Source of the DNA: a bacterium
Lineage (GTDB): Bacteria; Electryoneota; RPQS01; DYHQ01
DNA: 64,000 bases
Assembly (NCBI GenBank): GCA_030622545.1
Contig: JAUXGA010000012.1
Span: 29,140 to 93,139 of the forward strand
Direction of reading: 5' to 3'
The notes under the pieces are model-generated. The model did not search any database. It worked only from the letters and a program-made list of their open reading frames with translations, and was not told the origin of the DNA. Of this stretch, positions 39,453 to 47,471 are shown piece after piece. Position 1 is the stretch's first letter. The number at the start of each line of letters is the position of its first letter. A program made the position numbers and the translations under genes.

Positions 39453-39602
39453 TTGGTAGTGCCGCACGGCAGCGCGCTTTGTTTTGAAAATTCCGGCCGG
39501 GTTACGCGCGGTAGTTTTATCGTTTGGCATGCAGAAACGTGCGCTGAACCCGGCTCGGCGGCAGCAAGTAATTTGGTAGTGCCGCACGGCAGTGCGCTTG
39601 AG
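39451..39602. repeat. Composite intergenic repeat: conserved ~75-nt hairpin core (ttccggccgggttacgcgcggt...gcgctgaacccggctcggcgg) flanked by two direct 23-nt repeats ttggtagtgccgcacggcagYgcgc
   Basis: Core shares ~55 conserved nt with 62417-62490 including an 11-bp stem gccgggtt/aacccggc(+3); flanks 39454-39476 and 39573-39595 are direct repeats; occupies the unusual 195-nt trpB-trpA gap. Confidence 0.7.
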
Positions 39603-39647
39603 TAGCCAACACCGCGTTTGTATTATATCGAGGTCAGTATTTAGAAA

Positions 39648-40466
39648 ATGAATTTGCGAACTTCCTTACACGATAAAAAAGCAAAACATGAAAAAGTCCT
39701 GTCGTGTTTTCTGACGGCGGGTTATCCCACGCGCGAAGCGACGGTGCCTCTGGCGAAAGCCATCGCAAGAGGCGGAGCTGATCTTATCGAATTGGGTGTA
39801 CCTTTTTCGGATCCGTTAGCCGACGGGCCGGTTATTCAGCGCAGCTCGCTGCGCGCGCTGCGCGAAGGAACGACTCTTCCGTGGGTACTTGATATTACAT
39901 CCGAGCTCACGGCGGAACTCAGCATTCCCATTTTACTGATGGGCTATTTGAATCCCATGCTTGCTTATGGTGCGGAAAGGCTGCTGAAAGCTGCGAAAGA
40001 AAAAGGCGTGGCAGCGCTGATTATTCCTGATCTTCCGATTGATGAAGAAACGGACTTGTGGAATCAGGCGGCTGAAATGGGCATACCGCTTGTTCCTTTT
40101 GTCAGTCCCACGACAGCTCGCGAGCGTTTTGCGATGATTGACCGAAAGGCAAAAGCGTTTGTTTATGCGGTGTCCATCACCGGCGTCACCGGCGCTCGAA
40201 AGAGTTTGCCGACGGAAGTTGAGATGTATTTAAAAGAACTGACACAGAATATAAAAGCACCAACTCTTGTCGGTTTTGGCATCAGTAATCCTGATGAAGC
40301 AGCGCGCATGGCGAAACATGCTGACGGTATTATTGTCGGCAGCGCGCTACTTTCTCAGATTGATGAAAAAGGCGGTATCGATGAGAATTGTCAGCGCGTC
40401 GAACGTTTTGTGCGCGAAATAAAAAAGGCGATAACATGTCTATCACCTACTGGCGAAAACAAATAG
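39648..40466 (+). CDS. trpA: Tryptophan synthase alpha chain
   Basis: ...FLTAGYPT..., GADLIELGVPFSDPLADGPVIQ, GFGIS. Confidence 0.9.
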   Translation: MNLRTSLHDKKAKHEKVLSCFLTAGYPTREATVPLAKAIARGGADLIELGVPFSDPLADGPVIQRSSLRALREGTTLPWVLDITSELTAELSIPILLMGYLNPMLAYGAERLLKAAKEKGVAALIIPDLPIDEETDLWNQAAEMGIPLVPFVSPTTARERFAMIDRKAKAFVYAVSITGVTGARKSLPTEVEMYLKELTQNIKAPTLVGFGISNPDEAARMAKHADGIIVGSALLSQIDEKGGIDENCQRVERFVREIKKAITCLSPTGENK

Positions 40467-40735
40467 ATGAGATTGACCGGACGCTGGTTTCGCTGATTTC
40501 CGCGCGGGCGCGGTGTGCGCGAAAAATCGGGAGTTTGAAACGGGAGCAGCAATTGCCCATCGTGGACGCCGCGCGTGAAGCCGAGGTGCAAAAAAGAATC
40601 GAGGCACTCAACAGCGGGCCACTTTCGACAGACGCGCTCTGGAGAATTTTCGAAAGAGTCATAGATGAAATGCGCCTTCTTCAAGAAGATGCGCTAAAAT
40701 ACAATCAGGAACAAACCAAAGCGAGACAGTCATGA
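40436..40735 (+). CDS. Chorismate mutase (AroQ class, small monofunctional)
   Basis: MSITYWRKQIDEIDRTLVSLISARARCARKIGSLKREQQLPIVDAAREAEV; start ATG 40436 (track start 40388 is further upstream, inside trpA). Confidence 0.7.
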   Translation: MSITYWRKQIDEIDRTLVSLISARARCARKIGSLKREQQLPIVDAAREAEVQKRIEALNSGPLSTDALWRIFERVIDEMRLLQEDALKYNQEQTKARQS

Positions 40736-41757
40736 TTATTATTATGCGGAGTGACGCCGAAAAGAACGACACGACGACATTAATTTCCAAGCTCGCCGAA
40801 AAAGGGCTTTCGGTGCACCGCTCCACCGGTGAGAGTCGAACCGTTCTTGGCATCATTGGAGATATAAGGTCGTTGGATCGGCGGGAGCTGGAATTGCTTC
40901 CGGGTGTGCACGAAGTGATTCCCGTTTCCAAACCGTACAAACTCGCCAGCCGCGAATTCCATCCCGAAGGAACGAAAATTTCCATCGGGCCGCTGGTCAT
41001 CGGTGATTCGCAGATTGCCGTTTTCGGCGGCCCCTGTGCGGTGGAGTCCGAGGAAATGATTCACAAAATCGCTCGCGAAATTCAGGAGGTTGGCGGGGTG
41101 GGACTGCGCGGCGGCGCGTTCAAGCCACGAACGTCGCCGTATAGTTTTTCAGGACTGGGCAAAGATGGATTGCGGTTTCTTTCGGAAGCCGCGCGCGAAA
41201 ATAATCTCGTGGCGATTTCGGAGGTGATGGAGATAGCGCAGATTGATGTTGTCGCCAAATACTGCGACATCCTGCAAATCGGAATGCGTAATATGTCGAA
41301 CTTCAATCTGCTGCGTGCGCTCGGTACCTGCGGAAAACCGCTTCTGCTCAAACGCGGTAATGCCGCCACCTACGAGGAGTGGCTGATGGCGGCTGAATAC
41401 CTGCTGGCCGGTGGGAATTTCGAGGTGATGTTGTGCGAGCGAGGAATTCGCACATTCGAAAATTATACTCGCAACACGATGGACATCGCAGCGATTCCGA
41501 TTGTGCAGAAACTCTCGCATCTGCCCATTTTCGCCGACCCATCGCATGGAACCGGTCGGCGCGATAAAGTACCGGCGATGGCGCGGGCGGCGGTGGCGGC
41601 GGGTGCAAACGGATTGCTTGTCGAAGTGCATCCTGAACCCGATAAAGCGGTTTCCGACGGCCCGCAAAGTCTCACCATTGAACAGTTTGCCGCGATGATG
41701 CGAGAGCTGCGAATTATCGCGTCCGCGATTGGAAAACGTCTGGCCGGGGAGGTCTGA
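40732..41757 (+). CDS. DAHP synthase, type I-beta with N-terminal regulatory domain (paralogue 1)
   Basis: GGPCAVESEE, RGGAFKPRTSPYSFSGLG, FADPSHGTGRRD; ~90-aa N-terminal extension. Confidence 0.85.
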   Translation: MIIIMRSDAEKNDTTTLISKLAEKGLSVHRSTGESRTVLGIIGDIRSLDRRELELLPGVHEVIPVSKPYKLASREFHPEGTKISIGPLVIGDSQIAVFGGPCAVESEEMIHKIAREIQEVGGVGLRGGAFKPRTSPYSFSGLGKDGLRFLSEAARENNLVAISEVMEIAQIDVVAKYCDILQIGMRNMSNFNLLRALGTCGKPLLLKRGNAATYEEWLMAAEYLLAGGNFEVMLCERGIRTFENYTRNTMDIAAIPIVQKLSHLPIFADPSHGTGRRDKVPAMARAAVAAGANGLLVEVHPEPDKAVSDGPQSLTIEQFAAMMRELRIIASAIGKRLAGEV

Positions 41758-41758
41758 T

Positions 41759-42769
41759 ATGCTCGTTATTATGAACCGCGAGGCAACCGAAGAACAGCTT
41801 CGTAATGCCATCGATGCCATAGAGAAAATGGGACTGAAAGCGCATCCGATTCCGGGTTCGATGCGCACTGCCATCGGCATTACAGGCAACAAAGGACCGC
41901 TGGAACCGGCGCTGTTCGAATCCCTTGACGGCGTCGTGCAGGCGATTCCGGTCTCCAAACCTTACAAGCTCGTTTCACGGGAAACGAAAACCGAAAACAC
42001 CGTCATTGACTTCAGCAGCACGTCCATCGGCGGCAGGGAACTGACGATTATCGCTGGGCCGTGTGCAGTTGAATCCCGCGAGCAAATCTTTTTGGCCGCT
42101 GAAAAAGCGAAAGAAGCGGGAGCGACGATTCTGCGCGGAGGAGCGTTCAAGCCGAGAACGTCGCCTTATGCTTTTCAAGGGCTCGGTGAAGAAGGACTGC
42201 GTCTCCTTGCCGAGGCCGGGAAATCCGTGGGACTTCCGGTTGTCAGCGAAGTTATCGATGCCGAATCAGTGGGCCTCGCCGAGAAATACGTGGACATCAT
42301 GCAAATCGGCGCGCGCAATATGCAGAACTTTGTTCTGCTCAAGCGAGTCGGCAAAGTCAAACAGGCGGTCATGCTTAAGCGTGGGATGTCTGCGACGCTC
42401 GAAGAATTTCTTATGTCGGCTGAGTATATTCTTTCCGAAGGAAACTATCGCGTTTTTCTCTGCGAGCGAGGCGTGCGGACATTCACGGATTTCACGCGCA
42501 ACACGCTCGACATCAGCATCATTCCGGCGGTGAAACGTTTATCGCATTTGCCTATTATCACCGACCCGTCGCATGGAACCGGTCGGCGCGAGAAGGTGCT
42601 GCCGATGGCGAGAGCGTCAATTGCCGCGGGAGCCGACGGGGTGATGGTCGAAATGCATCCCGAGCCGGAAAAGGCGCTTTCGGATGGTTTTCAATCGCTC
42701 TATCCGCGGCAGTTGGTAACGCTGTGCGAAGAGCTCCACCGAATCGCTCCAATCATCGGTCGCGTATAA
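41759..42769 (+). CDS. DAHP synthase, type I-beta with N-terminal regulatory domain (paralogue 2)
   Basis: ATG 41759 after GGGAGG; AGPCAVESREQ, RGGAFKPRTSPYAFQGLG, ITDPSHGTGRRE. Confidence 0.85.
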   Translation: MLVIMNREATEEQLRNAIDAIEKMGLKAHPIPGSMRTAIGITGNKGPLEPALFESLDGVVQAIPVSKPYKLVSRETKTENTVIDFSSTSIGGRELTIIAGPCAVESREQIFLAAEKAKEAGATILRGGAFKPRTSPYAFQGLGEEGLRLLAEAGKSVGLPVVSEVIDAESVGLAEKYVDIMQIGARNMQNFVLLKRVGKVKQAVMLKRGMSATLEEFLMSAEYILSEGNYRVFLCERGVRTFTDFTRNTLDISIIPAVKRLSHLPIITDPSHGTGRREKVLPMARASIAAGADGVMVEMHPEPEKALSDGFQSLYPRQLVTLCEELHRIAPIIGRV

Positions 42770-42785
42770 AATATTTGAGAGGGAA

Positions 42786-43640
42786 ATGTCCCGACCCGTC
42801 AGCCAAATTTCCATCGTCGGTCTTGGAATCATCGGTGGTTCGATTGCCAAAGCGGCGCGTAAATATCATCCGGACGTGGTGATTGTCGCGTGGGATAAAA
42901 ATCCGGCATTTCGTCGGGCTGCGCTGAAAAAAAAGATTGTTAACCGGTCGATGCGTCCGCCAGAAGTATTCGACGGGAGTGATATAATTTTCATCTGTGT
43001 TCCTCCGGGAGAAATTTCTTCTTACATGGAACAAGCTGCGCAGCGAGCGCCTCAAACGATTATCACTGATGTCGGCAGTGTGAAAAATAAACTCGCAAAA
43101 CAATTCGGGAATTCGCGGTATGGCAACCTCGTCTTGGGGCATCCGATGGCGGGTAGGCAGACATCCGGCTGGGCAGCATCGGACGCGGATCTTTTTCAAG
43201 GGAACACATGGGTGATTTGTCCTCGACCGGTGAATTCATCACGCGTCATGGCGAAGCTGAAAACCTTCGTGCGCAAACTTGGCGCGCAGCCTGTTGAAAT
43301 GACAGCGCGCGAACACGACCGGCGCGTTGCCGTTTGCAGCCACCTGCCGCAGCTTTTGGCAACAGCGCTCTCTGAGTTTGCCGCGTCTGAAAAGAGCAAA
43401 GATTCTCTTTTACTTCAAGCCGCCGGTCAGGCATTCAAAGATATGACACGTCTTGCAGAGAGTCCTTTCGCGTTATGGCAGGATATTTTTTCGGCGAATG
43501 AAAAGGAAATAGAAAAGGCGTTGGATTGGTTTTTGAAAATTCTTCTTCGCTATCGCAAGAATATCGGAAAACAAACGATGGAGAAATCTTTCAAGAAGGC
43601 GGCTGAACTAAAACGCGAGCTGAAGGATTCAAAGCGATGA
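42786..43640 (+). CDS. tyrA: Prephenate (arogenate) dehydrogenase
   Basis: ISIVGLGIIGGSIAKAA Rossmann motif; LGHPMAGRQTSGWAASDADLFQGNTWVICP. Confidence 0.8.
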   Translation: MSRPVSQISIVGLGIIGGSIAKAARKYHPDVVIVAWDKNPAFRRAALKKKIVNRSMRPPEVFDGSDIIFICVPPGEISSYMEQAAQRAPQTIITDVGSVKNKLAKQFGNSRYGNLVLGHPMAGRQTSGWAASDADLFQGNTWVICPRPVNSSRVMAKLKTFVRKLGAQPVEMTAREHDRRVAVCSHLPQLLATALSEFAASEKSKDSLLLQAAGQAFKDMTRLAESPFALWQDIFSANEKEIEKALDWFLKILLRYRKNIGKQTMEKSFKKAAELKRELKDSKR

Positions 43641-44944
43641 CGGTTGCGCATATCAAGCGAATAGACGCTCCTTTGCACGGGGTGATAAAAATCCCCGGTG
43701 ACAAATCTGTTTCGCACCGGCGAGCGCTCCTTTCTCTATTATGTCGCGAACCGGTGCATCTTGAAAATTTCGGCCCTGGGAAAGATTGTCAAGCGACTCT
43801 CGACTGTATCGAACGCCTCGGCAAAACCGTGAAAGTGTCTGGCGCCGACGTGACGATTTCCGGAGAGATGAGCGTTCGCGAAGCCGAGTTTGATGCGGCA
43901 AACTCCGGTACAACAGCGCGCCTTGCGATGGGTCTTTTAGCGGGAATGCCGGGAAAGTGGACGATACGAGGAGATACTTCGCTCTCGAAGCGACCAATGG
44001 AGCGCGTGGCGGCGCCGCTGCGTGAAATGGGCGCGCTAATCGAATTGACAGATGGCAAACTCCCCGCGCGCATCATGGGCGGAAGATTGAAAAGCATTCG
44101 CTACGAACTTCCTGTCCCCAGCGCTCAGGTCAAGACGGCGATTATGCTTGCGGCGCTTCATGCGGATGGTGTTACAGAAATCCGAGAGCCGATTGTCACG
44201 CGGGATCATACCGAGCGCATTCTTGGCTTGCGCCCCGCGCGAGAGAATGACGCGAATCTCTGGCGGCTGGATCCGTCTGAGGTGCGGATAAATGGAGATG
44301 TTTTATCTGCCCCGGTTCCCGGTGATATTTCCAGCGGCACTTTCTGGATGGTTGCGGCGGCGCTTGTTCAGGGCAGCCAAGTGACGTTAAAAATGGTTAG
44401 CTTGAATCCAACACGCACGGGTATTATAGAAGTGCTTCAGAAAGCGGGGTTGCAAATCTCCACTCAGAATTTGCGCGAGTCCGCCGGAGAACCCGTCGGC
44501 GATATAACCATCACTCGCGATGGGTCACTTCATGAGTTTTCACTTGCAGGAAAAGACACAGCCGCTGTCATAGACGAAATACCCGCTTTAGCGGTCATGG
44601 CGACACAGTGCAAAGGGCAGACTATTGTATCGGACGCAGGGGAATTGCGCGTCAAAGAGTCGGACAGACTAGCGGCGATTATTCAGAATCTGCGCAAGAT
44701 GGGCGTGAATATTCTCGACACCGAAAGCGGATTTTCCTTGAACGGTCCACAGCAGCTTTCCGGTGCGACGATAAATCCCGCCGCGGATCACCGCATTGCG
44801 ATGGCTTTCGCGTTGGCGGGACTGATAGCGGATGGAGAAACAAAAATTCTGCAGGCAGAGTGCGCCGATATTTCTTACCCGCAATTCTGGCAGGAGTTGA
44901 TTCAGATTTCCGGAAGAGTAGTCCAGTTGAGAGAGGAGCAGTAA
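43637..44944 (+). CDS. aroA: 3-phosphoshikimate 1-carboxyvinyltransferase (EPSP synthase)
   Basis: IPGDKSVSHRRALL, NSGTTARL, LKGAR-like and ...RVKESDRLAAI motifs. Confidence 0.9.
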   Translation: MTVAHIKRIDAPLHGVIKIPGDKSVSHRRALLSLLCREPVHLENFGPGKDCQATLDCIERLGKTVKVSGADVTISGEMSVREAEFDAANSGTTARLAMGLLAGMPGKWTIRGDTSLSKRPMERVAAPLREMGALIELTDGKLPARIMGGRLKSIRYELPVPSAQVKTAIMLAALHADGVTEIREPIVTRDHTERILGLRPARENDANLWRLDPSEVRINGDVLSAPVPGDISSGTFWMVAAALVQGSQVTLKMVSLNPTRTGIIEVLQKAGLQISTQNLRESAGEPVGDITITRDGSLHEFSLAGKDTAAVIDEIPALAVMATQCKGQTIVSDAGELRVKESDRLAAIIQNLRKMGVNILDTESGFSLNGPQQLSGATINPAADHRIAMAFALAGLIADGETKILQAECADISYPQFWQELIQISGRVVQLREEQ

Positions 44945-44947
44945 ACG

Positions 44948-45787
44948 ATGTTGAAGTTAGGTATTTTGGGACACGGAATTTCTTATTCGCTTTCGCCGTT
45001 CATCCATAAAGAAGCGATGAAAATCCTCGGCATTTCCGGAAGCTATGAAATTTTCGACCGCGATGAAACACAAGTCGAGAGTTTCCTTTCTCATTGTGCC
45101 GACTCGGGGTTGCGTGGCTTGAACATCACGACTCCCTATAAAGAAGTTGCACGGAAGTATTGCACCGAAGTTTCCGACGCCGCAGCTCGCACGGGAGTTG
45201 TCAATACACTTTCCTTTGCGAATGGAGCGGTTCGCGGTGACAATACAGATGTGTACGGTTTCGAAAAAGCGCTGGAGGAACTCGCGGGAAATCAGGCATT
45301 GCCTTGCGCAGTTGTTTTAGGAAATGGAGGAGTGGCGCGAGCTGTTCTTGATTCTTTATCTTCATTGCCGACAGTTCGCGAGATACTCGTCGTTGCCAGG
45401 CGGCAGGAATCCGCGCGCAGGCAATTAGCGAGTTTTGTCAGTGGAAACAACTTTACAATCTATTCCTTCGCGGATCCTCGATTGGCAACGACTATCGCGC
45501 GCGCGTCTCTTATCGTCAATTGCACCACCGTCGGTTCCGCGGTGAATCCGGGAATGGCGCTTCCTTGGAGTGAGCATCTTTCCGCTGCGACGAAAGTTAT
45601 GGATTTAATCTACGCTCCAGCGAAAACGGAATTTCTGTCGGCGGCGGAAATCGCAGGCTGCGCATGGCAAAACGGTTTGGAAATGCTGCTTCATCAAGCG
45701 GCGGCCAGTTTCAACATCTGGACGGAAAAAGCGTTTCCGATTCGCGATGTGAGAGCGGCGCTTCAAAAGGAGGTGGCTTCTTCATGA
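44948..45787 (+). CDS. aroE: Shikimate dehydrogenase
   Basis: LGILGHGISYSLSPFIHKEAMK, NTD, LGNGGVARAV. Confidence 0.85.
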   Translation: MLKLGILGHGISYSLSPFIHKEAMKILGISGSYEIFDRDETQVESFLSHCADSGLRGLNITTPYKEVARKYCTEVSDAAARTGVVNTLSFANGAVRGDNTDVYGFEKALEELAGNQALPCAVVLGNGGVARAVLDSLSSLPTVREILVVARRQESARRQLASFVSGNNFTIYSFADPRLATTIARASLIVNCTTVGSAVNPGMALPWSEHLSAATKVMDLIYAPAKTEFLSAAEIAGCAWQNGLEMLLHQAAASFNIWTEKAFPIRDVRAALQKEVASS

Positions 45788-46953
45788 TTCGCTATTTGAC
45801 CGCGGGAGAGAGTCACGGACAATGTCTCGTAGGGATCTTGGAAGGAATTCCAGCGGGACTTCCTCTGACAGTGGATGAAATTGACAAAGATTTGCGGCGA
45901 CGACAAATGGGCTATGGCCGCGGCGACCGCATGAAAATCGAACAGGATCATGTACAAATTCTCACGGGAGTCCGTTACGGAGAAACGCTCGGCAGTCCGA
46001 TTGCTCTTCGGATTGAAAATCGTGACTGGAAAAATTGGACAGAACAAATGTCTGTCGAACCTATGGAAAAGAGCGTTCGAACCGAACCACTGACATCTCC
46101 GCGCCCCGGCCATGCGGATTTCGCAGGCGCGATTAAGTATCATCATAAAGATATCCGAAACGTAATCGAACGCTCGTCAGCGCGCGAAACAGCGATGCGT
46201 GTGGCGATAGGTGCGATTTGCCGGTTTTTCCTTCGGCAATTCGGAATTGAAGTTGGCAGTCATGTTGTTCAAATTGGTTCGGAGTCTGCCTACGATATTG
46301 CGCTTCCCAAAAATGCTGAGGAAATCAATCGTAAGGCAGACACGAATCCGTTGCGATGTTTGGATGAATCAGCTAGCCGCAAAATGATGAAGGTGATTGA
46401 CCAAGCGAAAGAAAAAGGAGACACCATCGGCGGCGCGTTTGAAGTAGTGGTGACGGGTATGCCGGTCGGAATTGGCAGCTATGTTCACGCGGACAGGCGA
46501 TTGGATGGTATCTTGGCTGGTGCGCTGCTTTCCATTCCTGCGATAAAAGCTGCGGGAATCGGGATGGGTGAAGATGTTGCAAAATATCCGGGCAGTGAGG
46601 TTCACGACCGCATCTTTCCTGCAACAGGTGACATCGGTATCAAACGAAAAACAAACAACGCGGGAGGGATTGAAGGGGGAATGACCAACGGCGAACCCGT
46701 GCGAGTGCGTGCGGTGATGAAGCCCTTGGCGTCACTCGCGCAGCCACTCGATTCGGTGAACATGGCGACCGGCGAACCTGTTATGGCACTGCGCGAGCGC
46801 AGCGATGTTTGCGCTGTAGTAGCAGCGGCGGTTGTTGCTGAAGCGGTTGTGATGCTGGCGCTGATGAATCCATTCTTGGAAAAATTCGGCGGTGATTCAC
46901 TCGAAGAAATTCGCGCGCATATTCAAGCCACGCCACCTTTGCCATGGAAATGA
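45784..46953 (+). CDS. aroC: Chorismate synthase
   Basis: Start ATG 45784 (MIRYLTAGESHGQCLVGILEGIPAGL), ATGA overlap with aroE; GRGDRMKIEQD..., RSSARETAMRVA. Confidence 0.85.
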   Translation: MIRYLTAGESHGQCLVGILEGIPAGLPLTVDEIDKDLRRRQMGYGRGDRMKIEQDHVQILTGVRYGETLGSPIALRIENRDWKNWTEQMSVEPMEKSVRTEPLTSPRPGHADFAGAIKYHHKDIRNVIERSSARETAMRVAIGAICRFFLRQFGIEVGSHVVQIGSESAYDIALPKNAEEINRKADTNPLRCLDESASRKMMKVIDQAKEKGDTIGGAFEVVVTGMPVGIGSYVHADRRLDGILAGALLSIPAIKAAGIGMGEDVAKYPGSEVHDRIFPATGDIGIKRKTNNAGGIEGGMTNGEPVRVRAVMKPLASLAQPLDSVNMATGEPVMALRERSDVCAVVAAAVVAEAVVMLALMNPFLEKFGGDSLEEIRAHIQATPPLPWK

Positions 46954-47465
46954 TTTATTTAGCGGGCATGATGGGGGCGGGGAAATCAACGGTGGGGAAA
47001 GTTCTGGCGCGGAAACTTGAGGTTCGCTTTGTTGACCTCGACCGAACCATCGAGAACACGACGTCGATGAGTATTTCCGGTATTTTTACAAAAAAGGGCG
47101 AAGCTTATTTTCGGGAGATTGAGTCGAAGGCGCTGAGAGAAACCGTCAGTTCCTACTCGTCTGTGGTTGCATTGGGCGGCGGCTTACTAAGTCGAACTGA
47201 GAATTTGAAATTGATTAAAGAGACAGGTCGCTCGCTTTATCTGAGAGCGCCCGTGGATTTTCTTGTCGAGAATTTGCAGGAGCGGAGTGAGCGTCCCCTA
47301 ATCGCAGAAGAACAGACAGAAGAAACCTTGAAAACGAAGTTAGAAGCCCTGTTGCAAAAACGCCGAGAGAGCTACGAAGCTTGTGACTTCATCCTTGACG
47401 TTAATAGCACAATGAGTGCAGATGATATTGCTAATCGTATTGTCGAACTTCTAAGAGCAAAATAA
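46944..47465 (+). CDS. aroK: Shikimate kinase
   Basis: P-loop IYLAGMMGAGKSTVGKVLARKL. Confidence 0.85.
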   Translation: MEMIYLAGMMGAGKSTVGKVLARKLEVRFVDLDRTIENTTSMSISGIFTKKGEAYFREIESKALRETVSSYSSVVALGGGLLSRTENLKLIKETGRSLYLRAPVDFLVENLQERSERPLIAEEQTEETLKTKLEALLQKRRESYEACDFILDVNSTMSADDIANRIVELLRAK

Positions 47466-47471
47466 ATTCTG

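Noticed and set aside
39451-39602. Mini-CRISPR-like arrangement (two 23-nt repeats flanking an 89-nt unique segment)
   Set aside because: Only two repeats, 'spacer' far too long and itself homologous to a second locus with different flanks; no cas genes; better explained as a composite repeat element
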